From NCBI GenBank assembly GCA_026770705.1, contig JANJGN010000210.1:496001-560000 (forward strand): a stretch of 64,000 nt of DNA, written 5' to 3'. The position numbers and the translations under genes are program-made. The stretch is from Isurus oxyrinchus (Eukaryota). The notes below the pieces were generated by a model. The model did no database searches, was not told the origin of the DNA, and worked only from the letters and a program-made list of their open reading frames with translations. Position 1 is the stretch's first letter, and each line of letters starts with the position of its first letter. This document shows, piece after piece, positions 25,056 to 37,380 of this stretch.

Positions 25056-25071
25056 AATAAAAAATAATAAA
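25056..25071 (+). terminator. Tandem polyadenylation signals, secretory transcript
   Basis: AATAAA at 25056 and 25066. Confidence 0.85.
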
Positions 25072-25469
25072 GTCCTTTTCTCCAATCGTGATTTAAATAC
25101 ACAATCGTTTAATGAATGGTGTTTTTCACTTTTGCTGATGTTAGACCTGTTTAGTTAAAATCGGATATTTACAGGGCTCACACCCAAGTCTTGTACATCC
25201 AGTGCTCCGAGTTCAGTTACAACCTGGGTTCGAGACAGAGTAAAGCTCATTCATTACGGGATTCTGCAAAATAACTTCACCAAATCCCCTCCCACTGAGG
25301 TGAAATCTGACAAATCCCACTTCCGACAAACAAACACAGCACATTTAGATCTGGGTGTTCCTGCTTCTCTTATTGTCCATTCCTTTAAAATAGATGTCAC
25401 CTTTAAGCTGCTACACCACACCCACTGGAAACTGAAGTGGAGTCCCACAGAAACATGTCCCAACAATCC

Positions 25470-25880
25470 CCCATCAGGGAGAGGGGGAAGGGAAATTATT
25501 AACCAACTGTAGCCCCTCTTCCCCAACAGAGAGAGGGGGAAGGGGATATTGTTAACCCACTGACCTCCACTTCCACAACAGTGGGTGGGTGGGGGGGGGG
25601 GGCGAATTGTTTAGCCACTTTACCCTATTTTCCCAACAGAGAGAGGGGAAGGGAAATTGGTAACCCACAGTACCCCACTTTCCCAACAGAGAGAGGGGAA
25701 GGGAAATTGGTAACCCACTGTATCTCCACTTCCCCAATAGAGAAAACTGAAAGGAAAATTTTAAGCCAATTTTACCTCCACTTGCTAAACAGAAAGACGA
25801 GGAAGGTCATGGTTAACCCGGTGTGTCTCCACCTTATCAGCAGAGAGAACCGAAAGGGAAATTGCTTAGACAACCAGACA
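25470..25880. repeat. ~46-bp tandem repeat
   Basis: Repeated acagagagaggggaagggaaattggtaacccac...ttccca. Confidence 0.8.
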
Positions 25881-26339
25881 GAGCAAAACTATTAACTCCC
25901 TGGACCCTCACCGAGCAGAGAATCTGGAAGGGAACGGGTCTCTACTGTCACGACTCTGTTACCAACAATCCATGTCGGCTTCCAGCTTACTGGCCACAGA
26001 TTTTAAACTCCCATCATGTTTAGGATGTTGTAAAAACATCTAATTATGCAACATAATTTGAAGATCTTTTAACACCCTTGTTCCTGTTAAGCTTATGCTA
26101 AGATTCGTTTCCCATAATCCGAATCTAAACTGGTGATTGAATCCTGCCTGAGTTGTTCAAGGTTCTGTCCCTGAATTTTATGAGGCACATGGTTGATTGT
26201 TTGCATTCGTTCACCTGATATCACCTTGCATCTCACAAAAAGCACGTTAATACACAGAACATTGAAACTATTCACCAAAATTTTCACCATCAAGGTCAGA
26301 CTCGATCATTGGTACTGGTAAAATTCTGGAAAATAGTAA

Positions 26340-27450
26340 AAATACACACAGCTGACACAAATGGACAAACACAAACACGCGTACGCACACGCATAGGCAC
26401 AGACACGCAAACACAAACACACACAGGTACAGGCAGACACATTTACACCCACACATGCGCACCCACACAAACACAGGCAGACACAGGCAGACGCACATAG
26501 ACAAATACACACACACGTGCACACACACACACACACACACACACATGCGTGCACAATCACAACCACATGGGTGCAGACGCACAAACATACACGTACACAG
26601 AATCACACACATAAACAGACACCCGCACACAATCAAACATGTAGAAATACACACACAGAGACACTCACTCACACACATGAACACAATCACACACACACAA
26701 ACAGATAAAACCAGACAAGCAGACTCATACAAAGACACAAAGCACAAATGTAACTATTAGCATATGCAATATTACACGTTCACAATGAAATAAATACAGA
26801 CGTAAAGACACACACTATCGTACACATTAAAACAAATGCATGGACACACATTAATACATGCACACATATGAGCAGACGACACCCAGACACAAAAACACAG
26901 AGGAACAGACGAACACATTCACAGACACACATGTAGACACAAACATGAATATACTCATACACAGTAGAAAACAAAAAACACACGTTAGTACATATGAAAA
27001 CATATACACACATTGATACATAGTTCTAAATATCGATCAACACACAAATGCACATATTAAAAACTCTCTCTCGCTGTGTCACACAATCACACAGACGCTG
27101 TGACACAGACATAAATATGCTGACAGACACGTGGAACACAAAGAAATATTAACACTCATATTAGCAGGCACACATTAAACAGGTAAATACACATTAACAC
27201 AGATAGTAATAAGTAAATATAGACATTAAGACATAAACACACACACAATAACACTCATACATCCACATTGGCAGCAAAACAAAATATACATAAAGATGCA
27301 GACACAAAAATACACAAATCAGCACTCATTGGCACATGAACACACACATTAACACACATGTACACATATGGACACACAAACAAACAGTAATGCAAAGCGC
27401 GGGATACTCAAGCAGACATACACAAAAGCTAAAGCACAACACAAACGCCA
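26340..27450. repeat. CA-rich low-complexity tract
   Basis: Degenerate (CA)n. Confidence 0.85.
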
Positions 27451-27981
27451 GGCTATTGAAGAAAGAATAATTCAGATGTACTTTTTAAGGGCATATCCTC
27501 CAGCAATTGTCTCTATTACATCATAACCCGATAAACACACTGAAACAATGCTCTTACTGAGAAACTGATTTAAGTTGATGACGCACCAAACATTCCCATC
27601 ACAAATAAACAAACCGGATGGGAAATCACACCCGAGCTTTTAAAAAGCAACGTGCACAGTTTCCAAAACGTAGCTCAGTGAATCTCTCCCAATACCCATC
27701 ATAATATTCTCCAATAATAGATCGTATGAAATTGTTCGAAACTAAACTGATACTGGAGAAAAGTTGCCATATTTTCCGACACGGACTGTACAAAGATTGT
27801 AAAGGGAGAACGGCTGTGGAGATAGTTACAGAGATGGGCAACTGAGTGTCACGAACTTAACAGGAGATATATATTGAACATTGAATACATTAATAACAGG
27901 AAACAGTAAAGGAAATGTTTAAAAATGATATCCTAGATTAATAAACAATCTAATTATATCTCCTCGGCTATATCCTCATAG

Positions 27982-28109
27982 ATTCCACAGACCGCATATG
28001 GATTGAAGACTCTGAGGATGATAACGGCAACATCTGGACAACCACTTCCACATTCATCATCCTCTTCTTCCTGAGCATTTTCTACAGCGCTGCCGTCACT
28101 CTGGCGAAG
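27982..28109 (+). CDS. IGHM: IgM TM1 exon
   Basis: (D)STDRIWIEDSEDDNGNIWTTTSTFIILFFLSIFYSAAVTLAK|gtgag with the antigen-receptor TM motif; second in-frame acceptor 9 nt downstream. Confidence 0.95.
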
Positions 28110-28248
28110 GTGAGAAGATTCAATCCACTCACACTTCAAACTGACAGAAGCGGTTTGAAAAAATCTCTCAATGTTTCATTGATTAAAACTCTAACATAAA
28201 TGTTCTAGATCATAACAATCTGCTTCATTATTTCATCTTCTTTTACAG

Positions 28249-28257
28249 ATCAAGTGA
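28249..28257 (+). CDS. IGHM: IgM TM2 exon, coding part (IK-stop)
   Basis: ttttacag|ATC AAG TGA. Confidence 0.9.
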   Translation: MK

Positions 28258-28671
28258 CCGGTTGAATTTTGGACACCATAGATTTTCCTCAGCTCTTTAT
28301 TGAGAATTCTGTATTCCGAATTGAAACATGTCCTCTCGGTGACTGTAAAAATGAAATACCTTCAGTTCATGTTTCTGAATTTGTAACTAAGACAATCATG
28401 GACGGTATTTCCGTTTCTCTGTTTCAAATGTGCGAGATAATTATGATTGCATTGCAATAGCAGCTTATAATTTCCCAGTAGTTTGAATTCCCTGTGTAAA
28501 TAAGTAACGTTTATCATTCCTCATTCACAATTATTCCCTTCCCTTTTTATTGAGCTCCTGTTTTCTCTTTCTGGTCTCTGTTAAGTTGTACACACAGTTG
28601 GCAGCTTAGAGCGAATGTGCTCTGTTCTCAACGTGACTCTCAGTCATTATATTCACTTCAGTTGACTTTAA

Positions 28672-28713
28672 AATAAACTTTTCTGTAAAATGTTCTCTGA
28701 AATTGTTAATAAA
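28672..28713 (+). terminator. Candidate polyadenylation signals, membrane transcript
   Basis: AATAAA at 28672 and 28708. Confidence 0.6.
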
Positions 28714-28914
28714 TCATGAATGTGAAACGAACTGACTTTGCTGAACTCCTTTCTCTCAGGCCCATCGACAAGGCTCCATTTTCCCCATTACACTGTTTTC
28801 CCCCCGTTCCCAGGCAGGTGTTTTTAACCAGTCCTGTCTGGGATGTGAAACAAAAAACAGCAAATGTTGGAAAAACGCGGCAGATCTCACAGCATCTGTG
28901 GAGACAAAAAAACA

Positions 28915-28955
28915 GAATTAACGTTTCGAGTCCTTATGACTCTTCTTCAGAACCC
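28915..28955 (-). ncRNA. Minimal type I hammerhead ribozyme-like motif in a Penelope-type terminal module (28845-28955)
   Basis: gtt-CTGAAGA-a-GAGTC-ataag-GACTC-GAAA-CGTT-aat: both core boxes, 5-bp stem II, palindromic stem III. Confidence 0.65.
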
Positions 28956-29254
28956 AAGGTCCTTCAGTGAAAGAGTCAGTGCGCCACGCAGCGACTCATC
29001 GGTGTTAATACACCTTTTCCTCTGCCTTTTTACGCCAAACCTCAGATGCAGAATGATTGCACAGCGAGGAGAACCTCGGTGATTTCACTCATACTCAGGC
29101 CTCTCACAGTCACATCAGGTAATAGTAAACAGCAGGGGTCTGCTTCATCAGATGCCCATACACGACAGCATATGTAGGACTAAAGTTTCCTTTACACAGT
29201 CCCGTTAAACACTCCCAGGGTCCGTTTAGCAGGGATTAGATAGGGACTAAAAGT

Positions 29255-29700
29255 TATTTTTTTCTCTTTATCCTTTCATGAGATGTGGGTGTCGCTGGCA
29301 AGGCTGCCCCGAACAGCCCGGCTTCCGAGGCCAATTCAGAGGGCAGTTAAGTCACAATGCTGTGGACCTGGAATCACATGTCGGCCAGTAAAGATGGCAG
29401 ATTTCCTTCACTAAATGATATTAGTGCAGCAGATGGGGTTTTTACGACAATCCGTGATAGTTCCCATGGTCACCATTACCGAGGCCAGCTTTCAATCCCA
29501 GATTTTATGAACTGAATTCAAATTCCAGCAGCTGTCATGTTGGGATTTGAACCCGTACCGCCAGAGCATTCGCCTGGACTCTCTCTACCTTGTCCAATTA
29601 AACACTCACAAGGCAGAGACGTCATAGTACATCTTCTCAAGGCAATTAGGGATGTGCAATAAATGCTGGCCTAGACAGCCACGCCCACATCGCATAAATG
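29255..29700. mobile_element. tRNA-derived SINE (minus) plus LINE 3' tail (plus)
   Basis: Reverse complement of the 62200-type SINE, then ggcaattagggatgtgcaataaatgctggcc. Confidence 0.7.
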
Positions 29701-30161
29701 AATAACAAAAAGTACACATTTAAGACAGAAGGAACAGCTGACACAAACCCAAGAATGACTCCCAGAAGCTGGGGCCGATCTGACAAAGACACATTATCGA
29801 GCAGTAATCCTGCAAATTATTACCACAGTTTGGGGTTTATCAGGATCACCAGTGAGTACAAATCGTGGAAATTCTCAGAACGTGCGGCCTGCCTGACGCA
29901 ACAAACAACTGATCTCACTCAACATCACCACAGGGATCCTCTCTCCCTGCTCCATTCTCTCTGATATCATCCTCCTGAACTCACTGAACATCACTCCAGG
30001 GATCTTCTCTCCCTGCTCCATTTCCTCTGATACCAGCTCTGATGTGAAGCTTCAACTCTCACTCCACTGATTCGCCATTGCGGTTTCAGTCTTTTACCAA
30101 TAATATAAACTCTCTGTTTAAGCAGTGTGGACAGGAGCAAAGCAACCTCATTCCCACACAA

Positions 30162-30209
30162 GGCCGTGGCAGTGAATGTGCTGAATCTTGTCCACTCGGA
30201 CACCAGGGG
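30162..30209 (-). pseudogene. Degenerate tRNA-Glu 5' fragment
   Basis: ccctggtgtccgagtggacaagattcagcacattcactgccacggcc vs vertebrate tRNA-Glu TCCCTGGTGGTCTAGTGGCTAGGATTCGGCGCTTTCACCGCCGCGGCC. Confidence 0.5.
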
Positions 30210-30227
30210 CGTTATCACTGTGCTTTA

Positions 30228-30297
30228 ATTAACCAGAAATTGAACGCGAGCCGCGGCAGTAGATGTTCCGAACCCTAGCCATGAGACCAGCAGTGGG
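30228..30297 (-). pseudogene. Degenerate tRNA-Glu
   Basis: ctggtctcatggctagggttcggaacatctactgccgcggctcgcgttcaatttctggt aligns to tRNA-Glu; anticodon and acceptor stem decayed. Confidence 0.55.
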
Positions 30298-30759
30298 GGG
30301 GTTACCCCTGCAGTTTGATAAACAATACTTTGCCTTTTTTTTGCATTTTAAACCACTTTCTCCAGAGGCAAAATGACCTATTCAGCCAATTAAAACAACC
30401 ATCCCCATTGGCTAGAACATGAAATTGACAGATTGGTGAAATAGTACCAAAAGCTGTGAAATGCAAAATTCAATTTCCAAAACCCACCAATCAAATCACT
30501 GCGGTTCCTGCAAACATTTTAAGGCAGCACACAGCAGATATTCATGACGGAAAATAATTGACCAACATAAAATTCTTCCACTTTCATGTCATATTTTTTA
30601 ATTCCTAATCTCCAACTCAGACATTTCCCGTTCTATTTAATACCCACATGGATCTTTAACTCTGTTTCTCGTTCCGCTGATTATGGCCGGTTTGGGCTTG
30701 CTATGCATTTCATGTTTTGATAAAGCCAGGAATTGGTGTTCTAATAAAAACAGGGGGCG

Positions 30760-31620
30760 CTGAAGTTCACAGCAGGCCTGGCAGTATCTGTAGAGACAGA
30801 AACAGAGTTAACTTTTCCAGACAATATGACTTCTTCAGAACTGAAGGGAGGTAGAAATGTGATGGGTTTTATGCTGCTGCCGAGGGTGGGTGGAGCAGAT
30901 GGAGCAAAATAGGTCAGGGATAGGTTGGAGGTCATGAGGGATTCAATGACAAAGATGTCATGGAACACAAGTCAAGGGAAATGTTTATGATATCATTAAA
31001 GACTAAATCATGTGTTAATATCTAAACAAAGGTCAGCACTGACTGGAATCAAAATAGCAGAATGTGTTAATAGCAGAAAAAGGGTCAGCGCTGTCTGAAA
31101 TCAAAACATGAGAACAAGATGCAGACTGGAACTTGGGGGGTAGGGGGCTGCAGGGAAATTAAAATGGAGGACAGAGTTCATAATGTGAACTTGTTGACCT
31201 CAATGTTGAGTCCAGAAGGCTGTAGAGTGCCTTATGAGAAGATGAGGTGCTGTTCCTCCAGTTTGCGTTGGGCTTCACTGGAACATTGTAGAAGGCCCAG
31301 GACAGAAATGTGAACATGAGAGCAAAATGGTGAATTGAAATGACAAGTGACAGGCAGGCCTGAGTCATGCTTATCGACAAGTTTGGCAAAACGGGCAGTT
31401 GGTCTGTGTTTAGTCTCCCCAGTGTGGAGGAGACCACATTGTGAGCGGTGAATACAACAGCCTGTATTGTAAGAAGTGTAAATCAATCTCTGCTTCACCT
31501 GGAAGTAGTGTTTGGGGCCTTGGAAGGTGAGAAGGGAGGAGGTAAAGGGGCAGGTTTTGCACCTCCTGCGATTGTATGGGAAGGTGCCATGGGAAGGGGA
31601 TGAGATTTTGGGGGTGATAG
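30760..31620 (-). mobile_element. Penelope-like element 3' part (GIY-YIG endonuclease) with terminal repeat
   Basis: ORF 31232-31747: RRCKTCP...CSQCGLLHTGETK-like...LPVTCHFN...RKLEEQHLIF. Confidence 0.85.
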
Positions 31621-31673
31621 ACTTTTTCAAATTAGTAATTGATTTCTGGTTGTGATATTGTTGCACAACAGCG

Positions 31674-31734
31674 AGACCAGGGATCAAACCTGGGCAATGA
31701 GAGCACCGAATCCCAACCATTAGGTCACCAGGGT
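31674..31734 (-). pseudogene. Degenerate tRNA-Glu(CTC)
   Basis: accctggtgacctaatggttgggattcggtgctctcattgcccaggtttgatccctggtc, anticodon CTC kept, variable-arm deletion. Confidence 0.65.
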
Positions 31735-32199
31735 AGTTGTGTAACATCTTGTTTCGCGAATGCAGCTGTCAATCCAAACATTGATGGTTTCATACCATCT
31801 GGGGCCAGTAGATTCTCTCTATTCCTGCTTCTACTTAAATTACTGACATAGTTCTGCGTTGTTTCCTTTGGCTACCAGAAAACATTGTCCAAACTTTGCC
31901 AGTCCTGTTGTTATCCCAACTACCTTTCCAGACAAATAGTTTTACGAATATTTATTTCAAAGAAAATAAGATAAATTAGATCAAACATATGTATAAAATC
32001 CAACCCATTAGAAATATTGGATTCAAAGCAGCAAATAGAAATTGATTCTATAATTGCACAAAAAAAACTGGAACATACCATCGCACTGAATGAATCCATT
32101 GCCTGTTTACATGTTCCTCAGTGAAAATTTCAATCTTCCTTGACTTTGTGGCATATGGGCACTGAAAGCAGCCTGGATTCAAAGTATGTGTGACGATAT

Positions 32200-33030
32200 G
32201 AAGAAGGAGCAGGAGCAGGCCACTGGGCCATTCAAGCCTGCTTTCCATGCTTCAATAAGTTCATGCCTGATCTGATTGTAACCACCCACCGACACCCCGA
32301 TAACTTTTCATCCCCTTGTTGATCAATTATCTATCTAGTTCTGCCTTCAAAACATTCGAAGACTCTGATTCCACTGCCTTTTGAGGAAGATAGTTCCAAA
32401 GACTCACGACCCTCTGAGAGAAAAGAAATTCTCTCATCTCTGTCTTAAATGAACTATTCCTTATTTTTAACCAGTAACCTCTAGTTCTATATTATCCCAC
32501 AAGAGGAAACATCCTCTCCACATTCACCCTGTCAAGGCCCCTCAGGATCTGAAAGATTTCAGTTAAGTTGCCTCTTAGCCTTTTAAACTCCAGCGGATAC
32601 AAGCCTAGCCTGTCCAGCCTTTCCTCATGAGACAACCTGATCATTCTTGGTATTAGTCCAGTAAAACTTCTCTGAACTACTTCTAACGCATTTACACCTT
32701 TCCTTAAATAAGGAGGCCAGTCATCTACACAATACTCCAGATATGGTCTTACCAGAATGCTGCACAACTGCAGCATAGTCTTCTTACCTCACATTTCCCT
32801 CACATTAAATTATAACATTCTATTAGCTTTCCTAATTACTTGATGTACCTAATAGTTCAGCTATTAAAAAATTTCTTTCAGACCTTCTGAAGCGCTTCGC
32901 ACATCCCGAAGCTATACTCCATGTTCCATCCTTGTTGCCCTGATCTGTCCTAAATCTCTTTGCAGTCTATATACTCCCCTGTATCTTCCCCACAGCTTAC
33001 AGTTCCATTGCTTTCATCAGCTAAACTTTA
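32200..33030 (-). mobile_element. CR1 LINE 3' fragment
   Basis: ORF 32492-32776 LVRPYLEYCV...ERLDRLGLYPLE. Confidence 0.9.
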
Positions 33031-33035
33031 ACTAC

Positions 33036-33106
33036 AGGCACCAGCAAGGACTGAACTCACATCACCTGGTTTCCGAGATCAATATGTTAACCACTGGGCT
33101 TTGCCA
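33036..33106 (-). pseudogene. Degenerate tRNA-Thr-like sequence
   Basis: agcccagtggttaacatattgatctcggaaaccaggtgatgtgagttcagtccttgctggtgcct resembles tRNA-Thr AGCTCAGTGGTTAGAGCACTGGTCTNGTAAACCAGGGGTCG. Confidence 0.5.
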
Positions 33107-33479
33107 ATGGGTCTAGCATGTACAAAGAGGTCAATCCCATCGTGCAACTTTTAAGCCGGCTGTTTTTCTCTGTACCATTTACCATGAAGATACATAACGA
33201 AAGTGAATAACGTTTGCGATGGTAAAAATGCGTTTACCCGCTCAGGGAACTGAACCACACTGACACAAGGCGAGGAACACACACAGACATTGACACCAAT
33301 AGTGACAGAGGCCGAAGGAGAGACAAACATTCAAAACTCAAGGATGTCGCCAAATTGGCTCCACTTCTGTTCCATTTGCAACTGCAAGTTTGGCGAATGC
33401 CTACGAATGAACAGAAATGAAAAACACACGGGATCATTTGAAAGATTCTTTAGTCAATTTCATAGATAATTAATTCTGT

Positions 33480-33832
33480 AACTTAAGCAAATTGATATAG
33501 GGAGTGACAAGGTATTGGAGGTACTGGCAGGCTTAAAAGTGAACGTATCTCCAGGTCCGGGTGCTTTGTGTCCCAGACTGCTGAGGGAGGCAAGGGAGGA
33601 GATCACAGGGGCTCTGGCCCAAATTTTTAATTCCTCCCTGGCCACGTGGGAGGTGCCAGAGGACTGGAGAGCAGCTAATGTAGTTCCGCTATTTAAGAAG
33701 GGTTGTAGAGATAAGCCAGGTAACTACAGGCCCGTGAGTCTGACGTCAGTACTGAGGAAACAATTGTAGAAAATTCTGAAGGAGAGTATCTATCCACTTG
33801 GAGAGGCAAGGTTTGATCAGGGATAGTCAGCA
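33480..33832 (+). mobile_element. CR1 LINE internal fragment (RT N-terminal part)
   Basis: SPGPG...PEDWRAANVVPLFKKG...PGNYRPVSLTS...IRDSQH. Confidence 0.9.
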
Positions 33833-34465
33833 CAGAAAAAGGCCCTTCGACCCATCGAGTCTGCGCCAGTCAAACAAGTACCTAACTATTCTAATCCCAT
33901 TTCCCAGCACTAGACCCAGAGCCTTGTATGCCATGGCATCACAAGTGCACGTCCAAATACTTCTTAAATGTTATCAGGGTTTCTGCCTCTACCACCCTTT
34001 CAGGCAGTGAGTTCCATGTTCCCACCACCCTCTGAGTGAAAAAATTCTTCCTCACATCCCCTGTAAACCTTCTGCCCCTTAACTTAAATCTATGCCCCCT
34101 GGTTATTGATTCCTCCAACAAGGCGAATACTTCCTTCCTGCCTACCCTATCTATGCTCCTCATAATTTTTTTACACCTCAATCTTGCCCCCCTCAATCTT
34201 CTCTGCTCCAGGGAAAATAACCCCAGTCTATCCAATCTCTCCACATAACTAAAATTCTCCAGCCCAGGCAACATCCTGGTAAATCTTCTCTACACTCTCT
34301 CTAGTGCAATCACATCCTTCCTATAATGCAGATTCCAGAACTGCATGCAATACTCTAGCTGTGGCCTAACCAGCGTTTTATACAGTTCCAGCATAACCTC
34401 CCTGCTCTTATATGCTATGCCTCGGCTAATAAAGGCAGGTTTTCCATATGCCTTCTTAACCACCT
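33833..34465 (-). mobile_element. CR1 LINE 3' fragment
   Basis: ORFs 33939-34274 and 34290-34502. Confidence 0.9.
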
Positions 34466-35344
34466 GTTCTTTGTCAAAATTGTGATTTGGGATCTTGTAC
34501 ATCCAAGGGCAGACGAAGCCTCAGTTTAACATCTCGTCAAAAAGGCATGTTACACTCGAAAGGTTGTGACTCCATCCGTATTGCACTGGAATCTCAGCCT
34601 AGGCTGTTGTGCTCCAGTCTGGCAATGGAGTTTGTGTTCACAATTTTCTAAATTAGAGGCAAGAGTGGTACCAGCTGACCCATGGAAGATGAAACAATTC
34701 AACTTAATGTATCTGGTGGAAGGATTAGAGAAAAGCTGTAGAGTAATTTATTTCACACAGGAGGTGGTGGGGGTCAGGACCTCACTGCCTGAGCTGATCA
34801 AAGAGGCAGAAACCACCATTGAAGTAAAGGAACTAACACATGGAAAAGCATTTGTGGTGCTGTAACCTACAAGGCTATGGAGCAAGAGCTAAAACATGGG
34901 ATAAGGCTGGATTGCTCCTATTGTACTGACATGAACATGATGGATCGAATGGTCTCCTTCTGGATCATAAATATTTCTGTTTCATTGTTTCAATGCTTCA
35001 ATTGATGATTTTTTCCCCCTTTGCCAGTTGTGTATTTGCTCAATTAAATACTTCCATAAGGCAATGGAGAAGAATGAATCAGTTTCCAACGTGGAGCAGA
35101 AGAGAAATGGATCAACAGTGAAACAACACATTTCCAATCAGAGCTGAAATCGGTGACAGAAACAGAATGGTTCTCCCACGTTTAGTTTCTTCACTAGTCC
35201 AAATACCATTCAATTCCATTCGCACTGCTTTTGCCTGGTATCCTCATCCCTGATGTTATTTATTCTCTTCTGCCTTCCACCCAATCACACTCTCTCCTGC
35301 TATTAACGTCTTTAATAATAACTTCTAACGTTTACCTTGACATC

Positions 35345-36600
35345 TGTCAAGGTCACCATGATTTTCGGAAAGTGGAATCATGTTTAACCAAGTTATTGGA
35401 GTTCTTTGAAGAAGTCACATGAGCTGTGGATAAAGGGGGAACCAGTGGATGTACTGTACTGAGATTTCCAGAAGGCATTTGATAAGGTGCCACATCAAAG
35501 GTTATTGTTGAAAATAAACGCTCATGGTGGAGGGGATAACATATTGACATGGATAGATGATTACATTAATCGGTCATTTTCTGGTTGGCAAGATGTAATG
35601 AGTGGTGTGCCTCAGGAATCAGAGCTGGGCCTCAATTTTTTACAATTTATATAAATGACTTGAATGAAGGGACCGAATTATGGTTGTAAAATTTGCTGAT
35701 GACGCAAAGAAAAGTAGGAAAGTGAGGTGTGAAGAGGACATAAGGAGGCTGAAAAGGATATAGACAGGTTACGTGAGTGAGCAAATATCTGGCAAATGGA
35801 GCATAATGTGGACAAATGTGGAATTGTCAAATTTTGGCAGGAGGAATAAAAAGGCAGCTTATTACCTAAAATGGTGAGAGAGCTCCGAGATGCAGATGGG
35901 TCGTGGTGTCTGAGTGCATGAATCACAAAAGGTACAGCAAGTAATTAGGAAAGCTAATAGAATGTTATCGTTCATTGTGAGGGGAACTGAACATAAACAT
36001 TGGGAGGCTATGCTTCAGTTTACAGGGCAGTGGTGAGACCATACATAGAGTACTGTGTACAGTACTGTTCCCCTTATTTAAGAAAGGATGTAAATGCGTT
36101 GGAATCAGTTCGGAAAAGGTTTACTAGGCTAATAGCTGGGATGGGCACATTGTCTTCTGAGGGAAGGGTGGACAGGCTAAGCTTATACCTGCTGGGGTTT
36201 AGAAGAGTAAGATGCGACTTTATTGAAACATATAATATCCTGAGGACCCTTGAGAAGCTGAATGCGAAAGGGATGTTTCCTCTTGTGGGAGAATTTTGAA
36301 TTAGGGGTCACTGTTTGAAAATAAGGGTCACTCACTTAAGATAGAGATGACAAGTTTGTTTTTCTTTCAGAGGGCCATGAGTCTTTGTATCATCTTTTCC
36401 CGAAAAAGCGATGGAAGTAGAGTCTTTGAACATGTTTTTTAAACAGAGGTAGATAGGTTCTTGATTAGCAAGGGGATGAAAGTTTATCGGGGGTAGGCAG
36501 GATTGAGGTTACAATCAGATTATCCATGATCTTATTGAATGGCTGAACAGGCTTGAGGGGCTGAGTAACCTACTCCTGTTCCTAATTTGTATGTTTCTCT
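35345..36600 (+). mobile_element. CR1 LINE, degenerate RT to 3' end
   Basis: SCLTKLLEFFEEVT, KFADD, VRPYIEYCVQY fragments. Confidence 0.9.
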
Positions 36601-36719
36601 GTTCGTATGTTCGCAATGTTCTTTCCCTCTCCTCCTTTCCCTGTCTGTGTACTTTCTTGAAATTTATTATAGCTTTCTTTTTCTATTTCATTTGATAGTT
36701 CACGGACCTGAAGCATTCA

Positions 36720-37380
36720 CAGTGGAAAGGGAAACAAGGTGAATGTTTCAGCTCGTTGACATTTTATCCAAACTGGAAGAATTTAGAGATTCAATAGTTT
36801 AGCAGCAAGTACAGAGTTAGGAGAAAGAGAGGGGGAGAGGAGGGAAGAACATCTGGAGAGATTAAATGACAAAGTGATTCAAGACAAAAGTGTGTGATAA
36901 TGAGACAAGTAAATAAACTAATGGGGCAAAAGAAGAAACAAAAAACACGTCCAGAGTGGGTTCATATGGTAACAGCAGAACTATTACCAGCACCTACTGT
37001 CCGAAAAAATTGGAGCGTGGTTATGATCTGAAATTGTTGAAGTGACCACTGAGTCCATAAGGTTGTAAAGTGTCTAATCAAAAATGCTGTTCCTCGAGCT
37101 TCCATTGAGCTTCATTGGAACAGTGCAGGAGGCCAAGGACAGAGAGGTCAGAGAATGAACACGCTTGAACACTCAATGGTAATATTTCACAAAACAATTG
37201 CCCAAGCTGGCTTGAGTCTCCTCAGTGCAGAGGAGACCACATTGTGCCCAGTGAAACCACAATAATGAATAGCAAAGAGTAGCATTCACTGTGTCACCTA
37301 GAAAGTGTGTTTGGGGCCCTGGAATGTGGGAAGGGAGGAGGTGAAAGGGTGAGTACTGCATCGGTTGTGCTTGCACTGTG
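36720..37380 (-). mobile_element. Penelope-like element fragment
   Basis: Homologous to 30760-31620 (tgctgttcctcgagcttccattgagcttcattggaacag; AQCGLLCTEET). Confidence 0.75.

Noticed and set aside
26268-27013. Cys/Val- and His/Thr-rich ORFs
   Set aside because: (CA)n microsatellite translations.
13002-28257. IgNAR or IgW assignment
   Set aside because: Four C domains, mu-type tailpiece and TM, conventional VH with full FR2/CDR2.
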